Shown here piece by piece: positions 12,712 through 24,952 of a DNA stretch of 64,000 nucleotides (its first letter is position 1; every line of letters begins with the position of its first letter). Source of the stretch: Octopus vulgaris (lineage: Eukaryota). The stretch lies in the NCBI GenBank assembly GCA_951406725.2, contig OX597819.1, positions 48,236,001-48,300,000 on the forward strand, written 5' to 3'. The notes under the pieces are model-generated. The model saw only the letters and a list, made by a program, of their open reading frames with translations, was not told the DNA's origin and ran no database searches. Both the position numbers and the translations under genes were made by a program.

Positions 12712-13345
12712 CCTCGGCTGGCCCCCGTGCCGGTGACACGTAAAAGCACCGTCCGTTCGGGGCCGTTTGCCAGCTCTGTCTGGCCCCGTGTCGGTGGCAC
12801 GTAAAAGCACCATCCGTTCATGTCCGTTGCCAGCATCGCCTGGCCCCGTGCCGGTGACACGTAAAAGCACCATCCATTCGTGGCCGTTGCCAGCATCGCC
12901 TGGCCCCGTGCCGGTGACACGTAAAAGCACCATCCGTTCGTGGCCGTTCGCCAGCTCTGTCTGGCACCTGTGCAGGTGGCACGTAAAAAACACCCACTAC
13001 ACTCGCGGAGTGGTTGGCGTTAGGAGGGGCATCCAGCCGTAGAAACACTGCCAGATCTGACTGGGCCTGACGAAGCCTTCCAGCTTCACAGACCCCAGTT
13101 GACCCGTCCAACCCATGCTAGCATGGAAAGCGGACGCTAAATGATGATGATGATATATATATCTGTGTGTGTGTGTGTGTGTTTGTGTCTTTGTGATCCC
13201 TGCAGCTTAACCCTTCACAACCAGTGTTGGTTTGTTTATGTCTTTCTAACTTAGCAGTTCCACAGACTTAAAAAGTACTGGATTTGTTCTAGTAAATCGT
13301 TTGAGAGGTGCCCCAGCATAGCCAGTCCTATGACTGAATAAAAGT
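12509..13345 (+). mobile_element. Older family A SINE, host of the 12709-13154 insertion
   Basis: Head/CORE at 12509-12665 and 3' half at 13160-13345. Confidence 0.75.
12709..13154 (+). mobile_element. Young RTE 3' UTR copy with a 60-bp tandem array, inserted in the (TA)n of a CORE SINE
   Basis: About 5 units of CTGGCCCCGTGCCGGTG(A/G)CACGTAAAAGCACCATCCGTTCGTGGCCGTTGCCAGC; CpGs intact; (GAT)n tail. Confidence 0.88.
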
Positions 13346-16300
13346 AATATCATTGCTATTATGCAAAAGTGCTGTAAGTCCAAAACATTGCTTTTACAGA
13401 AAACGAAAAAATAGTTTCACCATTTCATTTCTTTTTACATTAGCAACAGTTTCAGCTTGACAATAATAGTTTGTTGGGTGCATAAAATAGTCACCGCATG
13501 CATGTATGATATTTTCAGTCAGAAATATTTTTGCAAAACTGTAGTATGTGGGACTTACAACACTTTTGGAAAATGCTACACCGTTGTACTATATTTTGAC
13601 AATTTTCATATCTTGGCATCTGAAGCAGCTGGAGATACAATAGTTTGACCAAAAGAACCGGCTATTCCGAGCAAAATTAAATATTGAGAAAAACATATCT
13701 GACCTAATTTAGATATATGACAGTCAATAGCAACCACACGCACACAATACAATTTTCCACCAATATATATTGTTAAAACATGTTCAACCCAGGCAAACAA
13801 GGTATAAATACAAAACATCCTCGACCAAGCAAAAGACTTGTCTAGTACTAGTTTGACATTAATGACACAGAAGTTAATGAAAGGAAGTGTATTATAATAC
13901 TTCATATTTTGAGGTTGTTTTTTTTTATAGTATTTTAGTACCTCAATTACTGCCATCTGCATTAATAGGATTGCTATGCAACACGGTAGTATCACAGGCA
14001 ATAACAGAATTACTGTTTCAGTACAATCCACACTCACGAAGCACTCGCAAAATTTCTTTTGTTTCATTAAATTTGTTTCAAGAATGAGTAATGTGTGAAA
14101 GTAAATGGTGTGCATGCACACATGTGTGATACAAAGTAAGTAACCTGTTCTAACTAATATAAAGAAAAAAAGAGAGGGTGTGTATACACGTGCATGCACA
14201 CACACCTATTCTTACTAATAAAAAAATATAACAGAAAGAGATGGAGAGTTAAGCAATAAGTCCAAGTGTTTATTTTTTTTCTTTTCTTTCTAAGAGTAGG
14301 AAGCTGCTTAGCTAAATATCTCCCAATGACCAACTCTAACAAAAGAACAGTTAATGAAAATCACAGCAACAGTTTTAGTAAACAATAGGGCACAGGGTTA
14401 CAACAGCTGGACAAGCCTGTAAAATAATTGGCAAGCCAGTCTGGATGTTCAGTATTTGAATTTCTGTATGTGAGGGTACCCTGTTCATGGTGAAGCTCTC
14501 ACTTATCCAAGCTGTAGAATAAGGGCAAACAACTTAACATGGACTGTATTATTTTCCTACATTAGAATTAAATATTCCCATAACCCACCACCACCACCAC
14601 CACTAGAAACTGTATTCAGTTATAGAGATACCTCAACCAGTTCATACCTTAAAACAAGGACACCTTCCTATATTGGTTCTGGAGGAAACAAAATTAAACA
14701 ACATCTATGTGTTCAATACCATTTTGGCTACAAGAATCATCACGACTTGGCAACACCACAATAATTATAGTCAATTAACATCTAAACTGAATTTTGGCCA
14801 AGCGAGCCACCATTCAGAAGAGAACTAACAAGTATAGTGACAGTGAATTCTATTAAATACTGCAGATGTTTGGGACAACAGCTAGGACAAATAATTTTAA
14901 CTATGACTACTAACATTTATAGTGACAACCAACAATTAAACCTGGTCACAAGCCTTCTGACATAATATGGAATCCAGCCAGGGTTTATGTATTTGTTGGT
15001 AAAATTTGGTAGAATTACAAATCAGTAGATGACTCATTATTCCTAATATTCTTACCCATTTCACTTTTTCAAAATGATGAATGCCAAGGTGCAGGTGGGG
15101 CCCTGTGATAAGTTTGCCTCCCAACCACATAGTTCTAGGTTCAGCCCTACTGCATGGCACCAGGAGCTTTCTACTATAGCCATAGGCTAAGAAAAGCCTT
15201 ATGAGTTGATTTGGTAGAGGAAACAGAAAAAAGACTGTCACATGTGTATGTGTGTGTGCATGCAAAAAAAAATAAAATGGGAAAGGCTTCATTGGGAATG
15301 TCTTCCATTATGAGTGTTGATCAGGGCTGACCTGGGGAGTCAAAAGAAGAAAAAAAGAAAATTAAAGGAGAGAGAGAGAGAGATGAACTATGCAAAGAAA
15401 AATGGCTATTAATTGCAAACAATAAATAGATATTGTTCTCTGGAATAGGAACCAAACAAACACACAAGAAAAAAAAAAAGATCTAACCTCAAATTCAATA
15501 TTGTAAATATTGACCTTGTAAACTTTTAGAATCTGAAAGCTAAGTCAATGCCCAGTTGTTGTGAATGTGATGTAGAACATTAATAACCAAATTGATGCAG
15601 AACTTAAAAGCTATTGTAGTTTGACAATAGGTTCCTATTACTAACCAGACACAGGGGCACTAGACTACGTGACAATATATTAATTCAGTCATCTAGAAAC
15701 AGTTGATTTATCCACAACACACAAATTTAGTTATCTCGCTCAAAAGCAAGACATTTGAGAAGTTCATAATTGAAGCCTAATGACCACACACAATATGCCA
15801 AACACACCTACACACACACGATATCAAACACAAGTCTGATATCATTAACAGTCTTTGTTAGAAAGAAAGATGCAGTTGTGTTTTATTATGATGAAATATT
15901 TAAATAATAAATAAGATCAACTCTCAACTTGATTGGTAATATTCTTGAATAATCAATATTGTAATTATTTTATATTTTCCTCCAATTCTCAGATGATTAA
16001 CTGAAAGTTTTTTCCTTTTTTTTTTTTTTATTTTGTCCCACCAGTATTAGTGAAAACACTTCAAGAGGATATTCATCAAATGCAGTTGCTCTACCTGCTG
16101 GAAATGACAAAAATAAATCCTGCTCCTCTTCTTGCCACGCTCTCCAAAAAAACATATACTAGTTAAAACAGTCTTAGAGGGAGTAATAGTCCAGTGAGAG
16201 CCATAATATTTAATGTAATGAGAAAAAAAATTTGAAGTAATTAGAACATTAATTAAAGAAAACATGAGCTCAGTAATGAGAACATTATTTCAATTTGATT

Positions 16301-17019
16301 TTGGAAAGTTTGAGTGATTACTTTGAACACGTTTCTGTTTCATTCAAACTCCTCAACATAGCTATCTCCATGTTTGCCAAATTCTCTTAGGAGAATCAAT
16401 ATATTGATACACAATATGAAGTAACAGCTGTAAAACCATTGAATTATAATAGGTCAGAGCTATACCTTAGGTGAATTGACAGCAAAAAGTTTAGAGCATC
16501 CTGCCATCGAAACTAAGCCAAAATAGGCAATACAGCTTGGCACAATCCCTTGGTTTGATAATTCTTAACAAATCATGTAATCCATGCCAACATGAAAAAT
16601 GGATGTTAAATAATGCTGATGCTGCTGATATATATATATTTTTTTTATTTATTTATTTATTTATTTGATTAGAGAGAGAGAGAGAGCAATTTTAAACATT
16701 TAAAAGTATTCTTTACCTATTCATGTATCCAGTATTTACATACACACACACAAATACATAGCATAGTAATTGAGCTGTGGTGACAGAGACTTGAAAATAT
16801 GAGAACGGTAACCTTCTCAGACCACTGAGTTTACCAAAATCAAAGATTCTTTTTAACATTGAAAATGCTCATAGTTTTAAACAAAATCAGTTTCTCATCA
16901 TATGTTCTTGACAACTTCCTATCTGTAAACATTGCCCAACACAAAAGAAATAAATACAGAGATCTTGATATTTTTTCAAGTTAAATAATTCAAACACACT
17001 TACTCTTTACTCTTTCACT

Positions 17020-17351
17020 TGTTTCAGTCATTTGACTGCGGCCATGCTGGAGCACTGCCTTTAGTTAAGCAGATCAACCCCAGGACTTATTCTTTGTAAG
17101 CTTAATACTTATTCTATCGGTCTCTTTTACCGAACCGCTAAGTTACAGGGACATAAACACACCAGCACAAGTGATGTTGGGGGAGACATACAACTGGCTT
17201 CTTTCAGTTTCTGTCTACCAAATCCACTCACAAAGCCTTGGTCAGTCTGAGGCTATAGAAGATACTTGCCCAAGGTGCTACGCAGTGGGACTGAACCTGG
17301 AACCATGTGGTTGGTAAGCAAGCTACTCACTAGACAGCCACTCCTGCGCCT
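17020..17351 (-). mobile_element. tRNA/CORE SINE family A (central microsatellite deleted)
   Basis: (TACTCTT)n tail to CTCCTGCGCC head. Confidence 0.9.
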
Positions 17352-20007
17352 TTACTTGGTAAGTAAATTAGTAAAATCCATAATTCTTATAGAGAAATGT
17401 TAAAGTTCTTCAGAACCTCACTTTATTTTAAACAGAAATATGTAAAGACTGGCATCCAAAAATGAAAGTTAGTTGACAAAAACAAACAAGAAATTAATCT
17501 AATAAAATTGAAATTCTTTTTGCACAAACTGTCAGCTTATACTGTCTCATTTCAGAAGAAAGATTTTCAGAAAAGCATTAAAATTTTTAGAAAAATGAAA
17601 GCTTTCAGATTCAGACAGTTTTTCTAGTAGTACTTTATATCTATCTCTCTCACTCACTCACTCACACACAGAGTAAACAAAGTTTCTAAAAAATTATGCT
17701 TTCAGTTGGATTCTGAACACAAGATGGGCATACTGTTAAGCACCTTTTTAGAAAATCACATTTTGTTGATGTGAAATTCATCTTATCTCACTTGAAATAA
17801 TATTCCTTTTATCTAAAATGTAACTTATATTACATGTAATTTTTTTATATATATAAATTTCATACATATTTTATACATTTATAATTATTATAGCTAACAT
17901 TTTGAATCCTAGAATGTTAAGAAATTTTACAAGAAAATTTTCTCTTTCAATAATACTCCCACCCCTAAATAAGTGTAAAAGTAACTTTGAGGGATAAGAA
18001 ATGTTATTCATGCATACATTTTATGAGGAATGATAGAAAATTACAGGCATACCATATCAAGAGGACATACCAAACTTCATTGAAAAAGAACCGATGTTAA
18101 ACTGATTCAACATTGTTGGAAACTACCAAACCTTTCTACAACAGGGAGAAAGCCTGAAATTTTGGGAGATGGGGATAGTCGATTACTTCGACCCCACTCA
18201 GCTGGTAGTTATTTCATCAACCTGGAAAGGGTGAAAGGCAAAGTTAACCTTGGTGGCATTTGAAGCTGCAAGGCATTTTGTTTGGTGTTCCAATGATCCT
18301 GCCAGCTTGCCAGTTCACCAAACTAATTAATTAAAAGATCAAAATATCACTACTAAAATTTTTTTTTTGAAAATTGAAACTTACAAAATATGGAGATAAA
18401 AAGAGAAACCAGCATTCAGTATGCTCTAACTGATGGGGGGGGAGGGGGTAAATCCAGCATATTCAATGACAAGAAACCATGATTCTGTTATTGTAAAAGC
18501 TAAACTATCCACAACCTGCATGCAAAGGCATACAAAGCAGAATTATTTTCCTATGAAAAACTAATAATAATAATAATAATGTCTCAAATTTATTGGATGC
18601 AAAAAAGGAAAAAAGTTGTGTTAATATTTCTTTCTGGAGAACATAACAGAAGTTAGTGATGCAGTTAATTTCAACTAGAATTCAAAATTTTATCAAAAGA
18701 CTGTTCACTAAAAATTTTAATATACATTAGTCACTGCATTAAAAGATCTGATACCGATGAAGAAATTGCTTTAAAATCAATCACAAGACTAAAATACATC
18801 AAACCATTAACATGACTAGAACTTCTAATGTAGAGCTCTTAGAAATTAAAATTTTCACAATGTGCCAAATTAAATTCACTAGAATTTATAATGAATATAT
18901 TAGTGAATCCATTGGTAGATATAATAAATAAGTTAAAATAGATTAATCTTACTTCTGACAAACTAGATGATAAATATCCAAAACTTTTTTTTTTTTTGCT
19001 CTCCAAACTCTTACTACTAGAGATAAGGAAGAACATGAAAAACTAATCAGTAAAATGATCACTTTAATGTTTATCACAGAAAAACTGAGTTAACTCCCTG
19101 TTCAGATCTTTCTTGTAGGTACTGACTTACAATAGTTTAAGTAGAACATCAACACCATTTATCTGTCTCAAAGGACCAATAAAGGTCATAGGCATCCTCC
19201 TTGCTTCTTCAAGCACAGGAAGAAGAAAAAATAAGAAGTATCATATTCGAATAAAAAAAACAAAAAAAGCTTATTTTACAGTGAGTATAATACACATAAG
19301 TATAATACACAACAGGAGTGGATTAAAGAGACAAGTTTCCTAAAGCTCTGAGTTGGACTCTCACAGACCTGGGCTCCCAAGGATTAAAGAAATAGTTTCC
19401 AAAAGCTTTAAGTTTAACCCTCTCAGACTAGGCTTCTCAAGAAAAAATAAATCAAGAGATGCATGTACCGCTCAAGAGTAATGATTGCAAGCAAAATAAT
19501 GAACAGAATCAGCCGCATCTTTTGCTATGTGTGATGGTCATTACCACTTTACTGGGAATCCGGCAGAGATATTTAGTTTAATTCAATTGTAGTAGGAATA
19601 CAACATGACAGGGTTAAGATGATGAACAATAACCTGATGGTTATACATTCAAATGTTACTACTACTTGTATTGTGTCCTTTGCCAAGGTACATAACTAAC
19701 GGCTTTAGTCTGCATGACTGAAAACAATAAGTGCTCATTCTTCTCTGGTTAGCTAAAGGAAGGCCACTGAAGTTTTGAAATAACTGTCTCAACAAAATGT
19801 AAATATCCAAATTTGCAACAACAGAAAAAACTGCTCCAACACAAGTTTGAAAGAATGAAATTTAGAGAGGAAATATATGGGGGGGGGGGAATCTAATACC
19901 GCAGTATAAAATTTCAAAATTATTTCATTTCAAAAGTGATAGAGCTCTTCAAAAATTCTAAAAGTGAAATATTCCATATTCCCAATCATCACTATCATCA
20001 TCATTGA

Positions 20008-20208
20008 ACTCTAGCATTCATACTATTTTGTCAAATGTAATGCTTATTTATTCATAATGTTTTGAATCATGCATTATCTTGAAGTTTTGAGATTTTGATG
20101 ATTGTTTATTTTCAGAATGACATTGTAGGATAGGTGTGAGAGGTCAGATTTGAACATGAAACGTATAGAATATTTGGGTCGAATATGGCTGGTTTAAATT
20201 CTAAAGGG
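20008..20208. mobile_element. TTAA MITE family 2 inserted in the tail of an RTE 3' end
   Basis: Homologous to 31691-31911. Ends CTAAAGGG TTAA and sits between (CAT)n and TGTC..CCATGCTGGCATGG. Confidence 0.75.
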
Positions 20209-20683
20209 TTAATGTCTTCTGTCTTCCATGCTGGCATGGATTGGACAGTTCTACAGAATCCAATGAGCCTGTCAAGCTCCAGTGTCTCTTATGGAATGGT
20301 TTCTACAGCTGAATACCTTTCCTAATGCCAACTACTTTACAGAGTATGCTCTGTGCTTTTTTTTTTTTTTTTTCATGACACTGGTACTAGTGAGGTTACC
20401 AAGTAACTTGCAACACAAGACCCGGCACCTAGGACAAGTGTTTTCTACTACAACCTCAGACTGACCAAACCCTTATGTGAGGATTTGCTGTGCAAACACT
20501 GAAAGAATATTTTGTGTGCGTGTGAAAGAGAGAGAGAGTGCTAGTGTCTCCTTGTCAAGGGCATCACGTGATAGTTACAAATAAGTGCCCCAATCACACA
20601 TTAAATATATAAATAAAATATTTTTTAAAGATGTTCATAATAATTCTTTATTTTAAATGTTTCAGTTTCATAAGTAACATAGT

Positions 20684-21095
20684 CTCTTTACTCTTTTACT
20701 TGTTTCAGTCATTTCACTGTAGCCATGCTGGAGCACTGCCTTTTAGTCGAGCAAATCAACCCCAGGACTCACTCTTTGTAAGCCTAGTACTTATTCTATC
20801 AGTTTCTTTTTCCGAACTGCTAAGTTACGGGGACATAAACACACCAGCATTGGTTGTCAAGCAATGTTGGGGGGGGGGGACAAACAGACACACAAACATA
20901 TACACGTACATATATATATATATATATATATGACGAGCCTCTTTCAGTTTCTGTCTACTAAATCCACTCACAAAGCTTTGGTCGGCCCCAAGGCTATAAC
21001 AGAAGACACTTGCCCAAGGTGCCATGCAGTGGGACTGAACCCGCAACCATGTGGTTCATAAGCAAGCTACTTACCACACAGCCACTCCTACACCT
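20684..21095 (-). mobile_element. tRNA/CORE SINE family A
   Basis: Full-length homologue. Confidence 0.9.
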
Positions 21096-21554
21096 ACTAA
21101 TAAAAATGAGTAAATAGTATTTTTGTCTTGTTTTTTTTTCTACCTGCAATTAAGAGAGAATAACTGCCTGAATTACTTAACACCTGTGGAGGCATGAGTA
21201 AATCTGAAGAATTGCAAAGTAGGTTAAAACCCAGCCCATGGCTAAAAAAAAAAAAAAAATTAAAATAATGCCAAGGTGAGATGAGAAAAAAAAATGTTAA
21301 GAGCTTTAATCCGAGTTGTGCAACAAAAGAAACAAGCATATAATCAATATGTCTCAATCAAATCAAAGCGGTGGCAATGTTTGCAAATAGAGCGATTAGT
21401 CTAGCTTCTAATCAAAATCAAAGAAACACAATATGCATAAATTGCAACTATGTTATAGCCAGATTCAAAACAGAAGGTTTCTTTAAATAACAGCTATGGT
21501 AAAAGAAATATCTCACGTCAGAAATAATTGATCAGAAAATTTAAGTCTATGTTT

Positions 21555-21953
21555 AGGCATTGCTGCATGGTTAAGAAATTTGCTTCCCAATCACATGGCT
21601 TTATGTTCAGTCCTATTGCATTGGACAAGTGTCTTTGATTATAGCTCTGGACCAACCAAACCTTTGTAGGTGGGTTTGGTAGATGGAAAGTAAAAAAAAG
21701 TTTGTGGTGTGTGTGTGCTGCTTCATCTTAACATTGCATGGCTGTCATAAATAAGCGTCATTTTCATGCATGCAGTGTCATTTATTTCCAGTCTTCTATG
21801 AAAACATGTCTGACCATAGGGAAATATTACCTTACTTGGAAAAAGGTAACAGTTGGCAACAAGAAGGGCATCCAGCTAGAGAAAATCTATCACAACAAAT
21901 GCTTTCTCATCCATGCAAGCATGGAAAAGTGAGTGGATGATGATGAAGATGAT
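21555..21953 (+). mobile_element. tRNA/CORE SINE with RTE-type tail (family B); other copies ~2740-3200(-), 26287-26665(-), 33400-33752(-), 37275-37670(+), 41387-41810(+), 47345-47657(-)
   Basis: Same head/CORE as family A, but the 3' half is ATATTACCTTACTTGGAAA..AAGGGCATCCAGC..CCATGCAAGCATGGAAAAG..(GAT)n. Confidence 0.8.
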
Positions 21954-24154
21954 TTCAGTTCATTTTCAACGGAAAGGCTTTTTAAAATCAACTAAGAATT
22001 TAATGACATTAATTCACAAAAAAAAAATTAAATGACAAAAACTGATTAAGTGCAGGCTTGCTGGGCAAAGGGAGATTAAATCATATTTTAATGCTCATAT
22101 AAAAAGCACTAAAATAGGATATAACAACAAATAGATACTGTGAGTAGATAAAATTCACTGAAGTACAAAGTACTACTATGCTGATTAACTGTTTCCATAT
22201 ATTTCAGTGCTGAGTTCAAATCTATCCAGATGGTAAAACCAGAGTCAACATGAGAGCCTTATTGAGGTCACTTAACTTGCTAGAAAGCAACCAAATTTCC
22301 CTCAAATCACACTCTACTACCTTAAAAAACAGGAACATACATTAGGTAATACATTCCTAGATAAATCCTGCAACAGAAAGACAGGATAGTCACAGCCAGA
22401 AAGCCTTTGATCATAGGTTTACTCAATCCAGGATGACCTGGAGCTTAACAGCTACCAGAGACAGATTGTCATCCCATCCAGATGAGAGATTGTTCAAATA
22501 CATTATAAAATAAATAAATAACACTTTATCAAAGATTAAAAAATCTCACACTTCATCTTTGACAAGGCAGCCTACATGTTCTAGAGAATAGAGAAAAAAC
22601 TTGAAAGATAATTTTCAAAATTATGCTAATATTTTTTAATAAGTAAACATAACAGTACTAAATACAGTTGAAAAACCATAAAATTAATCTGTAAAATAAT
22701 AGCAATCTTTCTGATTAAATTGGAAGCATATAGCTTAATTTTTTAAGCTACTTGTAAACGATTATGCTCAACTTAAGATAATTATTTTTAATTTTTAATT
22801 GATTAACTTTTGAAATTAAATATTACAAAGTTATTTGCAACCAACTTTAAAATGTCAACTAAAAGCAAAAAAGAATTTTATATATCATTTTATTGGTAGT
22901 CACCCAGGAAAAATGGACCTTGTATATAGCACACTCGCCAGTGGGCAGAATAATGTTTCTTACATATCTACATATCCATTATTTACAAGTTCTAATTCGA
23001 AAACAAAAAATAGACTCAAGATAATTATCTCAGATTGTAAGATCCATAATTAATAGTTATCCTAAGATATTTTCTTTAAGAATTTTTTTAAAAACATCAG
23101 CTCCCTCACACTCCACTTAAACTTTTTCTCAACCAACACAATCTGCACTGCATTCCAAGGTAAGCTATTCCACCACTCTTAACCCCACTACCCGCAACTC
23201 ACAAACTGCAGTCACTCACCTGACTTGCCTTGACTCACTACTTAAAGTCAATGTCCTTGGTGGTGACACAACCATCCATTAAGAGTTATAAGATATTTTT
23301 ATTTCAGGTACTGCTACTTATTGCTAACACTTGCACATCCATCAACACTAGAAAATTAATGTTCTTACACTGTATAGGCCCTCCTGGAGTGAGAGAGAAG
23401 ATAAGTGACAAGAGATGGATGAGTAAGTTTAGTACAGTAGTATAAAAATCTATGGCCTTGTGCTCACCTAAAAAAGACAAAAATCAATTTTGTTCGAAGC
23501 AACAAACATTAGCAATAGAGCAGGAGGTGGGGTTTGAAAGCAATATAGTTCTATAGTAGATATATATATATATATATATATTGTGTTCACAGCTTATATG
23601 TTGCCTTCAAAGAAAAAACTTTTGACTAACAGATAACCTGATGGCAAAACCCTAAAAAAATATAGAAGTTAAATAAAAACCTCCATTTTCACAGTAGAAA
23701 TTATAATAGTCAAAACATATCAGTGAACTAAAAATAATGATTCCATTAAACAAGCAATTTTTATCATATATAAACTTATGTTAATACACACACACACCTT
23801 GTAATACTTTGCTGGTAAGTATATAACATATATTTGTAAAATCAATGAAAGTATTAATAACTACAGACTACATTTCACCAACAACGTAAATGGTTATATG
23901 CAACAGAAAATACTGTCTAGTTTCTAGTATTTCATCATTGATATATTCGAGCCTGGGGAAACCCCTTGAGTCAATAATATAGACAAATCAACATTAGCAC
24001 TATTCATATTGAGATTCAAAATGTTTCCTGCTTCAAAACAATGTTAGTTAATAATCAGTTATTTATTAGTGATGATTTTTGTTATTGGAAACTAATTCAG
24101 TATTAAAACGATTTCTTAAGTTTAGGAACAAGGACAAATTTTTTGTAGGAGAGC

Positions 24155-24200
<46 letters not shown>

Positions 24201-24257
24201 CACAGGGGTTGGACAAAATAATGGAAACAGCTTAAAATTTCAAACAAATTTATTTTA

Positions 24258-24397
24258 CAGTTCTATACTTAGGAATGAGAACCCAGGTTCAAAATTTCCC
24301 CAAGTCATCTGATGAAGGCTGGGAGGGTATACCAGCTGAAACGTTGTGTTAACAACAAACAAGATGAGGACAAATATCTATCAAATATAAATAATGT
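24258..24397 (+). mobile_element. 5'-truncated copy of the same hammerhead-bearing element, with a 10-nt inverted tail at its left end, inserted in the Tc1
   Basis: CAGTTCTATA (reverse complement of the tail end, TATAGAGCTG at the 57.8-kb copy, 1 mismatch) followed by CTTAGGAATGAGAACCC...ATAATGT. 12-bp TSD AAATTTATTTTA at 24246-24257 and 24398-24409. Confidence 0.88.
24304..24350 (+). ncRNA. Minimal type I hammerhead ribozyme motif (Penelope-like-element style, palindromic stem III)
   Basis: CTGATGA (24309-24315), extra A, stem II GGCTGG/CCAGCT, GAAA (24338-24341), ACGT palindrome, GTT cleavage triplet (predicted cut after 24345). Stem I is CAT/GTG here and GACAC/GTGTT in the 57.3-kb copy. 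Confidence 0.7.
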
Positions 24398-24757
24398 AAA
24401 TTTATTTTAATATGGGGTAGGACTGATTTTGGCAGTAATTACAGCTTGAATTCTACAAGGTATGGACTCATACAAAGTTTAAATCGTGTCCATTCTTCAG
24501 CTAAAAAGTCTCCAGTTCTTGTAGTGATGATGGTGAAGGATATCGACTCCTTACTTGTTTTTCTAAAATGTTCAATAATATTGAGATCTGGGGACGGTGG
24601 TGGCCAGATAAGATGTTCAACTTCACTAGAATGTTCTTCGTGCCATTCAGTAACAACTTTAGTTTTATGAATTGGTACATTACCATCCTGAATGATTGTT
24701 TCCCTCCAGAAACAGTTCCACAAACATAGGATGAATTTCATCAGATAAAATGCTTAA

Positions 24758-24952
24758 CCTTTTTGATACCAACCTGGCTGAAACCAGCTCTGGCTCTGAG
24801 TACAAATGTCTTGTTTTCATAAGTTTTGAATTAAAATCTTCCACCAAACACTTGCTGAGTGATAACTAAGTTATTTTACTAAACTCTTTGTTATATTAAA
24901 AGTAATTGAAAGAAACACAGAGCATCTCAAAATAAATACAGTAACAAAAGGG
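24758..24952. mobile_element. TTAA-specific (piggyBac-type) MITE, family 1, inserted in the Tc1 ORF
   Basis: TTAA at 24754-24757 and 24953-24956, ends CCTTTTTGATAC / GTAACAAAAGGG. Removing it restores the Tc1 frame SQDYLSILSD. Confidence 0.88.

Noticed and set aside
12718-12995. CRISPR-like array
   Set aside because: Units repeat over their whole length with no unique spacers; eukaryotic context and no cas genes.
13559-13620. Minus-strand ATG...GTAAGT candidate for LASP exon 1 (MPRYENCQNIVQRCSIFQKC)
   Set aside because: Ends in phase 1 where exon 2 needs phase 0, and lacks the C..C/VYP/CLDK LIM pattern.
13606-14205. 199-aa minus-strand ORF
   Set aside because: Starts in a (TG)n tract, has a low-complexity F/I/L/C-rich composition, and shows no recognisable domain or splice context.
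19131-19172. Minus-strand mini-exon candidate INGVDVLLKL with a GTAAGT donor
   Set aside because: Weak polypyrimidine tract, incompatible phase and no homology.
20631-21061. Recurrent short ORFs (ASFSFRLPNPLTRLWSARGYSRRHLPKVP-type) here and at 9948, 35142, 55655 and 62774
   Set aside because: Translations of family A SINE copies, not genes.
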